Shown: in pieces, positions 55,867 through 64,000 of the stretch | Position numbering within the stretch: the stretch's first letter is position 1 | How the letters are laid out: each line of letters opens with the position of its first letter | Origin: a virus | Virus record (IMG/VR): IMGVR_UViG_3300046543_000082 | Location: 16,257 to 80,256 of that record | Length of the DNA: 64,000 nt | Reading direction: 5' to 3' (one strand) | The notes under the pieces: generated by a model | Seen by the model: only the letters and a program-made list of their open reading frames with translations | What the model was told of the DNA's origin: nothing | Database searches by the model: none | Position numbers and translations under genes: made by a program

Positions 55867-56181
55867 CTAAGCTGCGCGCACGGCGCTTTCAACTACATAA
55901 GGTCTGAATAGCTCGCCGTCGTGCTCCGCGAGGATTTCTTCGATCGTCAAATCGTCCAGCAGAATCCAGCCGGTCATTTCGTCACCAGCGCCAAGTCCAT
56001 CGCTCCATTGTCCGAAGCGCACGAACTGTCCTTCAGGCGACAGACGAGCCGGGTCGAGCGTCACTTGGTAGGTCACGACACGCGGCGCTGGGTGGCCAAG
56101 ATCGTCCAGCAGCTTTGCGTTCTTCAGCTCGCGATCAAATGACACGATGGCGACTTGCTTCTTGGTGATGGCTTCGATCAT
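55867..56181 (-). CDS. Hypothetical protein
   Basis: Start trimmed to MIEAIT with GAGG SD. Confidence 0.5.
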   Translation of the reverse strand: MIEAITKKQVAIVSFDRELKNAKLLDDLGHPAPRVVTYQVTLDPARLSPEGQFVRFGQWSDGLGAGDEMTGWILLDDLTIEEILAEHDGELFRPYVVESAVRAA

Positions 56182-56185
56182 TGGC

Positions 56186-56371
56186 TCAGTACGCCTCTTT
56201 TTGCGCAATTGACCTGAAATATTCGGCCGCTTTCCGAAAGTCTGTAGCCGAGATGGCGATTCGCGGATAAAGACGGCCGCCGTCCATTCCAACCCATCTG
56301 TCCATTTCCCATCGGCCGCACTTGTATCGAATGCGCGGCTTTAGGCGTGGGCGGGTGAAGTCATTGTCCAT
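56186..56371 (-). CDS. Hypothetical protein
   Basis: 61 aa, KPRIR...GRW; TAATG-coupled to upstream micropeptide. Confidence 0.45.
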   Translation of the reverse strand: MDNDFTRPRLKPRIRYKCGRWEMDRWVGMDGGRLYPRIAISATDFRKAAEYFRSIAQKEAY

Positions 56372-56451
56372 TACAGGTTCGCCTTATCGCTCGGTTCGCA
56401 GCAGCGCTCATCGGGTGTCCGCAACTTGCGAGCACACCACCAGCAGCGCAT
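56371..56451 (-). CDS. Cys-rich micropeptide (26 aa, MRCWWCARKLRTPDERCCEPSDKANL)
   Basis: GGAG SD; homologue of 16323-16400. Confidence 0.55.
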   Translation of the reverse strand: MRCWWCARKLRTPDERCCEPSDKANL

Positions 56452-56462
56452 TTCCGGCTCCG

Positions 56463-56490
56463 AATAGAAAAAGCCCGCGCAGGGCGGGCT
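56463..56490 (-). terminator. tR'-like late leader terminator
   Basis: AGCCCGC/GCGGGCT stem + T-run on minus strand. Confidence 0.7.
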
Positions 56491-56583
56491 AAACCTGCGG
56501 GGGATTCGCAGGAGAGGAGATGGGATGTCTTTCCATCAGTCAGCTACGGGGATAGCGGTGGCACAGCGTGAAGGCAAAAACTC

Positions 56584-56652
56584 AATCTAGCAAAATTGTA
56601 CGTTTTAAGAGGGTATGTGTGAACTAGCGTGATGTGAACACAAACGGTTCAC
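56584..56652 (-). promoter_or_regulatory. pR'-like late promoter (phage B)
   Basis: Same TTCACA-17-TACAAT, TAGATT and GTGAAC-N7-GTTCAC as 16481-16549. Confidence 0.65.
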
Positions 56653-57044
56653 GCCATTTCCTCTTCTTGCTCCATCACCGGCTGACCATTCAGCATAGCG
56701 CGATAAGCTCGGTGCGCCTCGGCTCTGAACGTCCGAAGCTGCCGGTAGAAATACGATGTCGAGAATCCCATCTCATGCGCGATTGCCTTGATGTTCTTGG
56801 CGCGGTGCAGGTAAAAGAGATAGAAGATGAATTTCGCTTGGCTTTCCTTCTGTGCGAGAACGGATAGATTGAAATAGCTCAGGTTCGCGCTCAGCAGAGC
56901 GTCAGGCACTTCGCCGCCTCCGGCTGGTCCGCGCATGCGTGCAAGGATGTTGGCTGGCACAGGAGGCGCGAATAGGCGCCTGGAACGGTGCCACTCGGCC
57001 CAGCGGAGGCAGAACAAATGCAATTCTTGGTTTTCTTCGGTCAT
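56649..57044 (-). CDS. Late-gene regulator (Q-like)
   Basis: Near-identical to 16721-17128. Confidence 0.65.
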   Translation of the reverse strand: MTEENQELHLFCLRWAEWHRSRRLFAPPVPANILARMRGPAGGGEVPDALLSANLSYFNLSVLAQKESQAKFIFYLFYLHRAKNIKAIAHEMGFSTSYFYRQLRTFRAEAHRAYRAMLNGQPVMEQEEEMA

Positions 57045-57319
57045 TTTCTTCCACCGTAAAGTCGTTCGATCGTTGCCGCGAGGCAATCTAGTTCGCTTAC
57101 CTTCACCACTTCCCACATGCGCCGCTGACCGTGGATTCCGTTGAAACTTCCCTGGTGGCAGTCTTTGCACAACGGAATCACGCAGAATCCTGGGCTTTTC
57201 CTTCCTGGCGTGCGGCCGGCGAGAATGTGATGCGCATCGCTCGGGCCATGCGTGCCACATACGGCGCAGTCGAGTTCCTTCACGCGCGCAATGTGAAGTC
57301 GTTCGGCTGCGGCTGTCAT
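57041..57319 (-). CDS. Ref-like/HNH-type zinc-binding nuclease
   Basis: Same protein as 17125-17403. Confidence 0.7.
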   Translation of the reverse strand: MTAAAERLHIARVKELDCAVCGTHGPSDAHHILAGRTPGRKSPGFCVIPLCKDCHQGSFNGIHGQRRMWEVVKVSELDCLAATIERLYGGRK

Positions 57320-57660
57320 AGCGCCCTCGCTTCTGCCCGTTGGTTTGCTCCGATGGAGCGCCATACCTCTACCCGAGCCTGAGCAGCCACCATCAGCCAG
57401 CGGAGCCGCTCCTCCGTCTCTACGGCCGTCTGAAGCGATTCCAGCAGCGCGCAATACTCGTCGCTGGCATATGCTTCACGCTCCTGCGCTGCGGTCGTCT
57501 TGTGGCCTCCCGTCTCAGCCTGCTGCATCATCAGCGCTTTCTGGCTCTTCCTAAACTCTTCGAGGTAGACACGTTCGGCCTTGGCCTTTGCGAGAGCCGT
57601 CGCGTTATCCCTCATGAAGTCGAGCGCACGGAAGATGTTGATCTCGCTTTCGTCGCTCAT
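57316..57660 (-). CDS. Conserved coiled-coil phage protein (replaces ninB)
   Basis: AKAKAERVYLEEFRKS.KA.LM...AQEREAYA...WRS..AN.R.E. Confidence 0.6.
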   Translation of the reverse strand: MSDESEINIFRALDFMRDNATALAKAKAERVYLEEFRKSQKALMMQQAETGGHKTTAAQEREAYASDEYCALLESLQTAVETEERLRWLMVAAQARVEVWRSIGANQRAEARAL

Positions 57661-57848
57661 TCCGGCTCCTGCATCGCCATCCGACTAGGCAGCACACGCA
57701 TTTCAACGGCCGGACCATGCGCCTCAAGCAGCGCGACCTGCGCCGCGAGCCACGTTCTCCAATGCGCTTCCTTCACCGACGCCAGAAGGCATCCGCCGGC
57801 CTCTCGATAAAACTTTTCGAACTGTTCCCGACCATTGAGTACGCTCAC
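57657..57848 (-). CDS. Hypothetical nin-region protein
   Basis: GTG start; homologue of 18007-18183. Confidence 0.55.
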   Translation of the reverse strand: MSVLNGREQFEKFYREAGGCLLASVKEAHWRTWLAAQVALLEAHGPAVEMRVLPSRMAMQEPE

Positions 57849-57981
57849 GACATCACCCCCATCCAATACGAGCACGCTATGAGCGCGTAAATTGCCGAAA
57901 ATTGCCAGTCCCGAGCGCCGATTCGCCTTGTCCCTAGCACGCATGCCGTCGTAAACGCTATTGCAGTGAGAACGCCGATGG

Positions 57982-58194
57982 TCATTTCTGCTCCTCCGTC
58001 AGACCGCGCCAACGGTCCATTTCGTAGATGATCGGCGCACGAAGCATGTCGCGATCGCTCAACCGAAAGTCGCCGAGCTTCCAGTAATAGCGACGGTTCT
58101 TTTCGTCCGCTCCGTTCTGGTAAATAATCTCCACGTCATACCAGCCCTCTCGGATTGGCGGTGTCGCGCATGGAATCCATTCGGTGAGATTCAT
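57982..58194 (-). CDS. Hypothetical nin-region protein
   Basis: Same protein as 18180-18392. Confidence 0.65.
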   Translation of the reverse strand: MNLTEWIPCATPPIREGWYDVEIIYQNGADEKNRRYYWKLGDFRLSDRDMLRAPIIYEMDRWRGLTEEQK

Positions 58195-58276
58195 TTCTGC
58201 TCCTGCTGAACTGGCTTGGTCCAGTCTCGGCGCTTGATGCCGAGCGCGATCCAAAGGGCGTCGAAGTCGGCGGGGA

Positions 58277-58624
58277 TCATGCTGCCGCCCCGAAGAATGC
58301 AGCTATGAACGGATCACGCAGGGGAACGAACTTGCTCACCTGAGCAGTCTTTCGCGCGATCATTTCAAGTTCGCATTTCGTGATGCGCTGCGCGTCCTGC
58401 CCCGATCCCGGGCCGAATACTTTCGTAGGCTGATTCGTTCGAAGTTCGCTGATGCGGTATTCAGCGATATGGACTAGCCCTTCGTCCTTCAGACGCGCCA
58501 GCCGCTTGCGGACAGTCTCAGGGTTAGCTCCGAACCGTTCGGCCAGTTCTGCGTTCGTCTGCGGCCTCTCAAGCAAGCCATTGAGAATCTGAGCCGTCAG
58601 ATAGACGTTGCGCTTGGATTTCAT
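58277..58624 (-). CDS. Winged-HTH protein
   Basis: P.T..ELAE..G...ETVRK.L..L...GLVHI. Confidence 0.6.
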   Translation of the reverse strand: MKSKRNVYLTAQILNGLLERPQTNAELAERFGANPETVRKRLARLKDEGLVHIAEYRISELRTNQPTKVFGPGSGQDAQRITKCELEMIARKTAQVSKFVPLRDPFIAAFFGAAA

Positions 58625-59121
58625 GCTGGCCTCCCGAACAGAGCTGCCGTGATTGGATCAATCTGGATGGCGTTCTTCTTTACCGGCTTGCTGGCAACAA
58701 TCGCCGTAGGAATGCCGGCACGCTGCGATTTCGGCGGATATGGCATGTCAGGCTCATTACCCATCGCGAACCGGCGTGAAAGCTTGCCGTTGCGTGTCTC
58801 GATATAGCTGGCGATGTAGATTCGCTTCTTTGCGCGCAACTTGCGTAGGTGCTGATCGACCAGACGCCGATCGCATAGCAGCATTTCGCCCATTTCGAAT
58901 GAACTCAGCGGAGCATGGTTCTTCAGCAACTTGATCACGCATTTTTCGACCTGCGGCTTTGGACCGGGCTTGCGATGTCCAGCCCCGATCCATTGACCGC
59001 GCATCCGGATTGCTGCCTCAGTGCGCCCCGGCAGGAGCCGCATCGCATCAGAGAACGGCTCATTCGTTTTCCAGAACGCCCGCAAGATATCGTCTTCCCG
59101 CTCAGTCCATCTTTTACTCAT
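58621..59121 (-). CDS. Putative DNA-binding protein (Myb/SANT-like start + winged HTH)
   Basis: WTEREDDIL...LPGRT..AI. Confidence 0.55.
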   Translation of the reverse strand: MSKRWTEREDDILRAFWKTNEPFSDAMRLLPGRTEAAIRMRGQWIGAGHRKPGPKPQVEKCVIKLLKNHAPLSSFEMGEMLLCDRRLVDQHLRKLRAKKRIYIASYIETRNGKLSRRFAMGNEPDMPYPPKSQRAGIPTAIVASKPVKKNAIQIDPITAALFGRPA

Positions 59122-59133
59122 CCCTTCCCCCGT

Positions 59134-59361
59134 TTAGTCTTCAAGACCTGCCAAATAATCGATTGAGCATTCCAACACTTGAGCCATTTCCACCACGATT
59201 AAGAATTTCGGCATTGCACCGCGGTTCTCAATGGCCGATATCGTGCTAGGGAAAACTCCCACCTGCGCCGCAAAATCGCGAAGCCCGAATCCACGGCGAA
59301 CGCGCTCGGCTTTGAGCCTCGTCCCGAAATCTCCAGTACCCGGCTTGCGTGCGAATGCCAT
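59134..59361 (-). CDS. XRE HTH regulator
   Basis: FG.RLK.ER.RRG...FAAQVG...TIS.IE...P...MAQVLECSIDYL.G. Confidence 0.75.
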   Translation of the reverse strand: MAFARKPGTGDFGTRLKAERVRRGFGLRDFAAQVGVFPSTISAIENRGAMPKFLIVVEMAQVLECSIDYLAGLED

Positions 59362-59371
59362 GACTGATCCT

Positions 59372-59704
59372 TTAGCTCACGTCGACAATGCGATGACGCC
59401 ATTCCTTTGCCTTCGCGTCCCACTTCCAGCCAATCACCTGCAGCGTCCAACCCAATTTCCTGACTTCGGCAATATGGTCCGACTCGGCTATCTTCTTCAC
59501 CCGCGCCGGAACGTTGCTCCAACTGGTCGGCTGTAATCCGAGTACTTCGCCGTCCTTGATCGCTATCTGGTCCAGAATCCCGAATAGATCGACTCGGATG
59601 TTTGCGCCAGGTATGAACCTCTCGACAGTCCACACGATCCACCCGTCTTTCTTGAGCAGCTCGGCGGTGAGTGCGCTCGGCGACCTAGTCATTTTTGTTC
59701 CCAT
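59372..59704 (-). CDS. PD-(D/E)xK-type nuclease (resolvase-like)
   Basis: Homologue of 19840-20166. Confidence 0.55.
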   Translation of the reverse strand: MGTKMTRSPSALTAELLKKDGWIVWTVERFIPGANIRVDLFGILDQIAIKDGEVLGLQPTSWSNVPARVKKIAESDHIAEVRKLGWTLQVIGWKWDAKAKEWRHRIVDVS

Positions 59705-59798
59705 CGTTCACAGCTTCCGTTCCCATTCACGAAATGCCACTCCGCCAGCCAAACGCAATTCCTATATCCCAACCGGTACATCGGCTTGTGCCCGGGCT

Positions 59799-60737
59799 TC
59801 ACACTGGTATGGCGGCATGATCTGCAGTTCTTAGGTCCGCCCAATCCATCCCCGGTTGAGGCGGAATCCGTACCGACGCCTCGATTCCCTTCAACATCAG
59901 CCGCTTCGCCAGAGAGAACGCCGCCGCCTGCCCCGTGTAACTCAGATCGTTGTCTGCACATACCACCACCTCTCGAATGCCTTGCGGCGGTTCCCACTTT
60001 TCCATTACAGAAGCGTTCGACGCTGACCAGACAGGGAGCCCAAACATCACCGAGGCCGCTAGCGCCGTCTCGATCCCTTCCGCTATTCCAATCACCGGGG
60101 CTATTCCGCTCAACCTCACGCATGAGCCATTTATCGGCAGGCCCTGCATCAACTTCTTCGCCTTCTCGATCGGCGCCTTATTGCCGTCTGGCGTCAGGTA
60201 CGTTCGATGTACCGATGCGCCGTCACCGTTCGCGTATCGCATGACTGCCAACATCGCCGGGAACTTCTGCTTCTCGTCCGAGTGCCACAATGCCGGGTGA
60301 TACCAGAGGTCGCGCGGCGCACGCTCTATCCCTGTCCGCCGGTTCAAGTAGGTCCATACCGGATCACCCTTTTCGACGTGCCTGGCGCTTTCCAGCGTTC
60401 GCCGGATTCGCACCTTTACTTCTCCTTCGTTCTCTTTGTCCTGGACCGGGCGAAGCCTTGCCGTTCCAATCACCCGGTCTATCTCGCACATGGTTCGCTT
60501 CCAGTCCCAGCCGTATGTCTTCTGAAGCAAATCCACCCCGTCACCACTACCGCACTGGTTACAAATCCAGCCTCCCTTCCCTTCCCAGTCGGTGAATCTG
60601 TACCGGTCCTTACCCCCATTGCAGATCGGGCATGACGTGTGTCCCTTCTGCAAAAACTTCGCTTCAACCCCGAGTGACAGCAGGATGTCGCGCCACCGGC
60701 CCTGAGCCTCATCGACCGTCCGGCGTTTAGGATTCAC
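59799..60737 (-). CDS. DNA primase (zinc finger + TOPRIM)
   Basis: CPIC.GGKDRYRF...C.QCG.GDG; IAEGIETALA; CADND. Confidence 0.85.
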   Translation of the reverse strand: MNPKRRTVDEAQGRWRDILLSLGVEAKFLQKGHTSCPICNGGKDRYRFTDWEGKGGWICNQCGSGDGVDLLQKTYGWDWKRTMCEIDRVIGTARLRPVQDKENEGEVKVRIRRTLESARHVEKGDPVWTYLNRRTGIERAPRDLWYHPALWHSDEKQKFPAMLAVMRYANGDGASVHRTYLTPDGNKAPIEKAKKLMQGLPINGSCVRLSGIAPVIGIAEGIETALAASVMFGLPVWSASNASVMEKWEPPQGIREVVVCADNDLSYTGQAAAFSLAKRLMLKGIEASVRIPPQPGMDWADLRTADHAAIPV

Positions 60738-62250
60738 GCTTGAACCCCTTGTTCTTGAAATGTCTGAGATTGCAGTAAGTCACGAAATCTTTCGTCTCTT
60801 GGCTTGGCTCAACAGCGAACCGATCCAGACCGCGCGGCCAAACGCCAAACTTATCGCGATATAGATGTGCGACGCGGCCATCCGAGTATCCCCGAATCGC
60901 TGAAAGACCAAGCAATTCCGAATAGAAGCTTTGCTTGTCCAAAGCCGTTGCTTTCTTGGTCTTCTTCATCAGCGCCAGTTCGCCGTCTAGCACTTCGACA
61001 TCAGACTGGCGCTCCGGCTCGAATCCGCACGACGGGCACTTATGAACCTTTACCGGCTTCATGAACGAACACGACTGGCATGCCTTCGGAAGCGGGACTT
61101 CCTTTTCTTGCGACTGATTCTTCGACGTGCGCGGCTTACCGTCGTCGAGTGAGAGCGGAAGATCGTCTGTCGGGAACCCGAGCCGCTTCACAGTGCCGGA
61201 ATGGTCCAGAACCAGCGCTTTCTCTTTCCCTTCGTGCGGCCGAAGAACGCGGCCGACCATCTGGATATAGCGAATCAGGCTCTTGGTCGGACGGGCAAGA
61301 ATCAGCGTTTCGCAGAAGGGAGCGTCCCAGCCTTCCGCCAGAAGCGCGGAATTGCTGATGATCTTTGTCTCACCCGTTTCGAATCGCTTCAGAACTGCGC
61401 GCCGCTCGTCCGAGTCGTCGTAGCAGTCGATGTGCTCCGCCTTCACCCCAGCGGCGCAGAATTGCTCAACGATGTGCTTGCTATGAGCAATGTTCGAGGC
61501 GAAGACGACCGTTGACGTGTTCCGTGCCAACTTGAACCAGTGCGAAACGATGTCGCCAATCAGCTCCGGTTTGTCCGCCGCACGGCCAACGTCTGTATCG
61601 GAATAATCAACCTCACCGAACCTGTTACGGCTCTGCTTTATGCCGGCCATATCCGGCTCGGACGGTGCGTAGATATCGCAGTCCACCAGATAATCCTGAG
61701 CGATCAGGCTGCTGATGTCCGATGCAACGATCATGTCCTCGAATAGCGGGCCACCAAGCTCGTCATGGTGCTGACCCAGCCCCTTCGAAAACGGCGTGGC
61801 ACTCAGGCCAATAACGGGCTTCCCTGCGAAATTCCGAATGATTTCCTTGTAATCCTTGGACCCGGGGACGCAATGCGCCTCATCGATGATGATGAAATCA
61901 AGATTTTCCGGAATCCCGCGTGATGCGACAGTCTGAATCGAGCAGATCATCACATGCTCATAGGTCCGGCAAGTGTTCGTCGACTGCAATATGCCGTGCT
62001 GAATCCCGTATCGACGGAACACGCTGGATGTCTGATTAACAAGGTGCTCGCGGTTCACGAAGAACCCGACTCGCTTGTTTTTGAGGCGAGCGAACTGGAC
62101 CAGCCCTACGCTCATGATCGTCTTCCCGCTTCCCGTTGGCGAATAGACCATCAGCCGCTCCACCTTCGCCTTCAGGGCTTTGCGGAGATTGGCGATAGCG
62201 GTTCTCTGATACGGCCTGAGCATTCCGTCGATGGTGCTAAAATCTGTCAT
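60727..62250 (-). CDS. Superfamily II (DEAH) helicase with C-terminal zinc finger
   Basis: LRPYQ, SPTGSGKT, IIDEAH, GLSATP, EGWD.P, QMVGRVLR, C..C...C..CG. Confidence 0.9.
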   Translation of the reverse strand: MTDFSTIDGMLRPYQRTAIANLRKALKAKVERLMVYSPTGSGKTIMSVGLVQFARLKNKRVGFFVNREHLVNQTSSVFRRYGIQHGILQSTNTCRTYEHVMICSIQTVASRGIPENLDFIIIDEAHCVPGSKDYKEIIRNFAGKPVIGLSATPFSKGLGQHHDELGGPLFEDMIVASDISSLIAQDYLVDCDIYAPSEPDMAGIKQSRNRFGEVDYSDTDVGRAADKPELIGDIVSHWFKLARNTSTVVFASNIAHSKHIVEQFCAAGVKAEHIDCYDDSDERRAVLKRFETGETKIISNSALLAEGWDAPFCETLILARPTKSLIRYIQMVGRVLRPHEGKEKALVLDHSGTVKRLGFPTDDLPLSLDDGKPRTSKNQSQEKEVPLPKACQSCSFMKPVKVHKCPSCGFEPERQSDVEVLDGELALMKKTKKATALDKQSFYSELLGLSAIRGYSDGRVAHLYRDKFGVWPRGLDRFAVEPSQETKDFVTYCNLRHFKNKGFKRES

Positions 62251-62685
62251 CTGCTTCGACTCCTTGTCAGTCGTTGTGGATTCGGGGTCTGTCGCGTTCG
62301 CAGCGCTTCAGGCCCCTTTCTCTTTGCCGGCGCGCCTCGCGCACACGGAATACCTACCTACTAACTACTCTCCTGACGGCGGGGTTTTAGGGAACCGGGC
62401 AGAGTTCCCCCTACCCACGGAGAAAACTCCGATTCCAAAACGTGCCGGTCAGTAACCAGGCCTCGTGGCGGATAGCAGCCCCACAAGTTGTCCAGACTGT
62501 CGGTCGCCTGCTAGCAACCCCTACCCCGCTCTAGACGTTCGTTCCCACGGTTGGCATTTGGTACGCGCTATGCCTTTCAATCGAGTCGCGCCGTTTCTAG
62601 CCGTCTCCCCTCGATCGATCCTGCTACCGCCCGGGTGTTCGGAGAACCCGGTTACGCCTCTCTGACTTCGGCGCGGTAAGTACTA

Positions 62686-62886
62686 CTATTTTTCATCTAG
62701 AAGCATCCCTCGGTGAGACGCTTCAAAACTTGCAACTATCGGGTGAGATACGCCGTAAGCGCTTCGCAGCACGTGATACCCGATCAAAACCTGTATATCC
62801 AAACCCCTGCGTATTGCATCGAAGAGTAATTTTTCCGCTTCTGGGACCGGAATCTCGGCCGCCAGGAGCGTATTACCGTCTTTCAT
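62686..62886 (-). CDS. Hypothetical early-right protein
   Basis: 66 aa, ATGA-coupled with GGAGG SD. Confidence 0.5.
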   Translation of the reverse strand: MKDGNTLLAAEIPVPEAEKLLFDAIRRGLDIQVLIGYHVLRSAYGVSHPIVASFEASHRGMLLDEK

Positions 62887-63107
62887 GCGTCCTCCACCGT
62901 CTCCATCTGAGACACCTCAGCGCTGACGGCTATGAGATTCGCCGGCAAACTGCCAACAGTCCCAAACAAAAACAAGTCCACGATTCGATTGAGAGCTTCC
63001 GAGTCACTAGCTAGACGGTTGAGCGTCTTATAGGCCTGGATTCCTTCGTAAAGCCGGTCGTCAAGTCGAGTCCTGATTTCCGTTCGAAACTGAGCACGTC
63101 TAGCCAT
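62883..63107 (-). CDS. CII-position ribbon-helix-helix-like regulator
   Basis: EIRTRLDD.LYE.I...SDSEAL.RI; follows cro. Confidence 0.55.
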   Translation of the reverse strand: MARRAQFRTEIRTRLDDRLYEGIQAYKTLNRLASDSEALNRIVDLFLFGTVGSLPANLIAVSAEVSQMETVEDA

Positions 63108-63158
63108 AGCTACCTCATGAAAATGAATCCTCGTAACCGTGTTGGCCGTAACCGCGAT

Positions 63159-63365
63159 CTACGCCGCAGCTTGTTCGGGTTCAGCGATAAAGCTCGCCGG
63201 CACTGTCTTACCCATCTGAACCGCAGCGCCAATCACCATCGCCGTTCGTTTCTGGTCAAGGTCGGCCTTCCATTGCCAAACCGCTCCCCGCGAAATTCCC
63301 AGTGCGCGAGCGAGAGCGGCACCATTACCGAAAATCTCGATCGCCTGCTGCTTGGTCATGTTCAT
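63159..63365 (-). CDS. cro: Cro-like regulator (phage B)
   Basis: MTKQQAIEIFG..AALARALGISRGAVWQW; AAGGAG SD. Confidence 0.8.
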   Translation of the reverse strand: MNMTKQQAIEIFGNGAALARALGISRGAVWQWKADLDQKRTAMVIGAAVQMGKTVPASFIAEPEQAAA

Positions 63366-63390
63366 GCTCACTCCTTTAGGTCTGGACTCA

Positions 63391-63453
63391 GTATAGGGCA
63401 CTGTACCGCAGAAGGCAAGCGCTCTATACCGATTTGCGTATAGATTTCTGCAC
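63391..63453. promoter_or_regulatory. Phage B OR operators, consensus GTATAG-N4-CTATAC
   Basis: GTATAGGGCACTGTAC (63391), GGCAAGCGCTCTATAC (63414), GTATAGATTTCTGCAC (63438). Confidence 0.75.
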
Positions 63454-63951
63454 ATGAACTTATCAACCAGAATCCAGACCGTGCTCACCGAGGTCGGCAT
63501 CGATCAGGTCGAGCTGGCGCGCGTTATGGGCGTGACAAAGGGAACGGTCAACCAGCTTCTGAACGGCTCCATCCAGTCGCTGAAGCTCGAATACGCCGTG
63601 GGCGTGCAGGATGCGTTTGGCTATAACGCCGTCTGGCTGGTGCTCGGAAAGGGGCCAAAGAAGGGAAATTCGTCCGCAGACGAGGCTGTCGATTCATCGA
63701 ACAGATGCCAAAACCCCGTTCTTTCCTCCGAAGCGGACCGGCTAATTCAGTGCGTCATGCGACTAGACAAGGGGGGACCAAAAGTACGACAAACGTTTGC
63801 TTACACTCTCGGCATTCTTGAAATTGTCGAAAGATTGGGATTGGTACATGATGCCGATGTGGTGGCCGAGCTCGCAGAACAGGAGCAGCTCTTGGCACTC
63901 CACGCCGAGCCATCTAGGGTTTTAAAACATGCCCCCCGCAAGCACAAATGA
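63454..63951 (+). CDS. cI: CI-like repressor (phage B): XRE HTH, no S24 peptidase domain
   Basis: Q.ELAR.MGVTKGTVNQLL.G...WLVLGKG; last ~69 aa identical to cI-A. Confidence 0.8.
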   Translation: MNLSTRIQTVLTEVGIDQVELARVMGVTKGTVNQLLNGSIQSLKLEYAVGVQDAFGYNAVWLVLGKGPKKGNSSADEAVDSSNRCQNPVLSSEADRLIQCVMRLDKGGPKVRQTFAYTLGILEIVERLGLVHDADVVAELAEQEQLLALHAEPSRVLKHAPRKHK

Positions 63952-64000
63952 AAAAACCATCGTCAGCATGGACCTTTACCGGCAGCGTCGAACTGTCGAA
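63741..64000 (+). repeat. Direct repeat copy 2 (runs off window), including 5' part of the 57-aa ORF from 63929
   Basis: Matches 23882-24141. Confidence 0.92.

Larger units (their letters stand above)
23882..63740. mobile_element. Unit-length (~39.9 kb) prophage B, circularly permuted between two copies of the cI 3' repeat, with central attP-like site
   Basis: One full set of early-left, xis/int, att, lysis, tail, head, terminase, nin, replication and cro/cI genes; pL operators at 24284-24322 match cI-B operators at 63391-63453. Boundaries are inferred. Confidence 0.7.

Overview
The whole window is temperate-phage DNA with no host housekeeping genes. It holds two related podovirus-type (P22-like gene order) prophages; a high-GC betaproteobacterial, probably Burkholderiaceae, host is inferred from gene style only. 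Phage A (1-~23.9 kb, left end outside the window) contributes ejection/tail, head, terminase, nin/late-control, replication (initiator plus T7 gp4-like primase-helicase) and cro/cI genes. Next come an early-left operon, xis, a tyrosine integrase and an att core matching a tRNA-Leu-type 3' end with arm repeats on both sides (attP-like). Phage B then supplies lysis, tail, ejection, head, terminase, nin, primase/helicase and cro/cI genes. The two cI genes have different HTH domains but share a near-identical 3' half, giving a >=260-bp direct repeat 39,859 bp apart. The early-left promoter downstream of cI-A carries phage-B-type operators, so 23.9-63.7 kb reads as one unit-length, circularly permuted phage B genome nested in or recombined with phage A; an assembly swap is the alternative. 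Other highlights: a lectin-like plus beta-propeller glycosidase module fused in opposite order to a homologous small virion domain in both phages, each with a short unfused form; an ORF built from in-frame cassettes between ~30-bp direct repeats; a 24-unit two-position-variable 12-bp repeat; a tail-spike-like protein with a signal peptide; and several conserved unannotated micro-ORFs and cis elements. All product calls come from motif recognition and synteny by eye, with no database searches.
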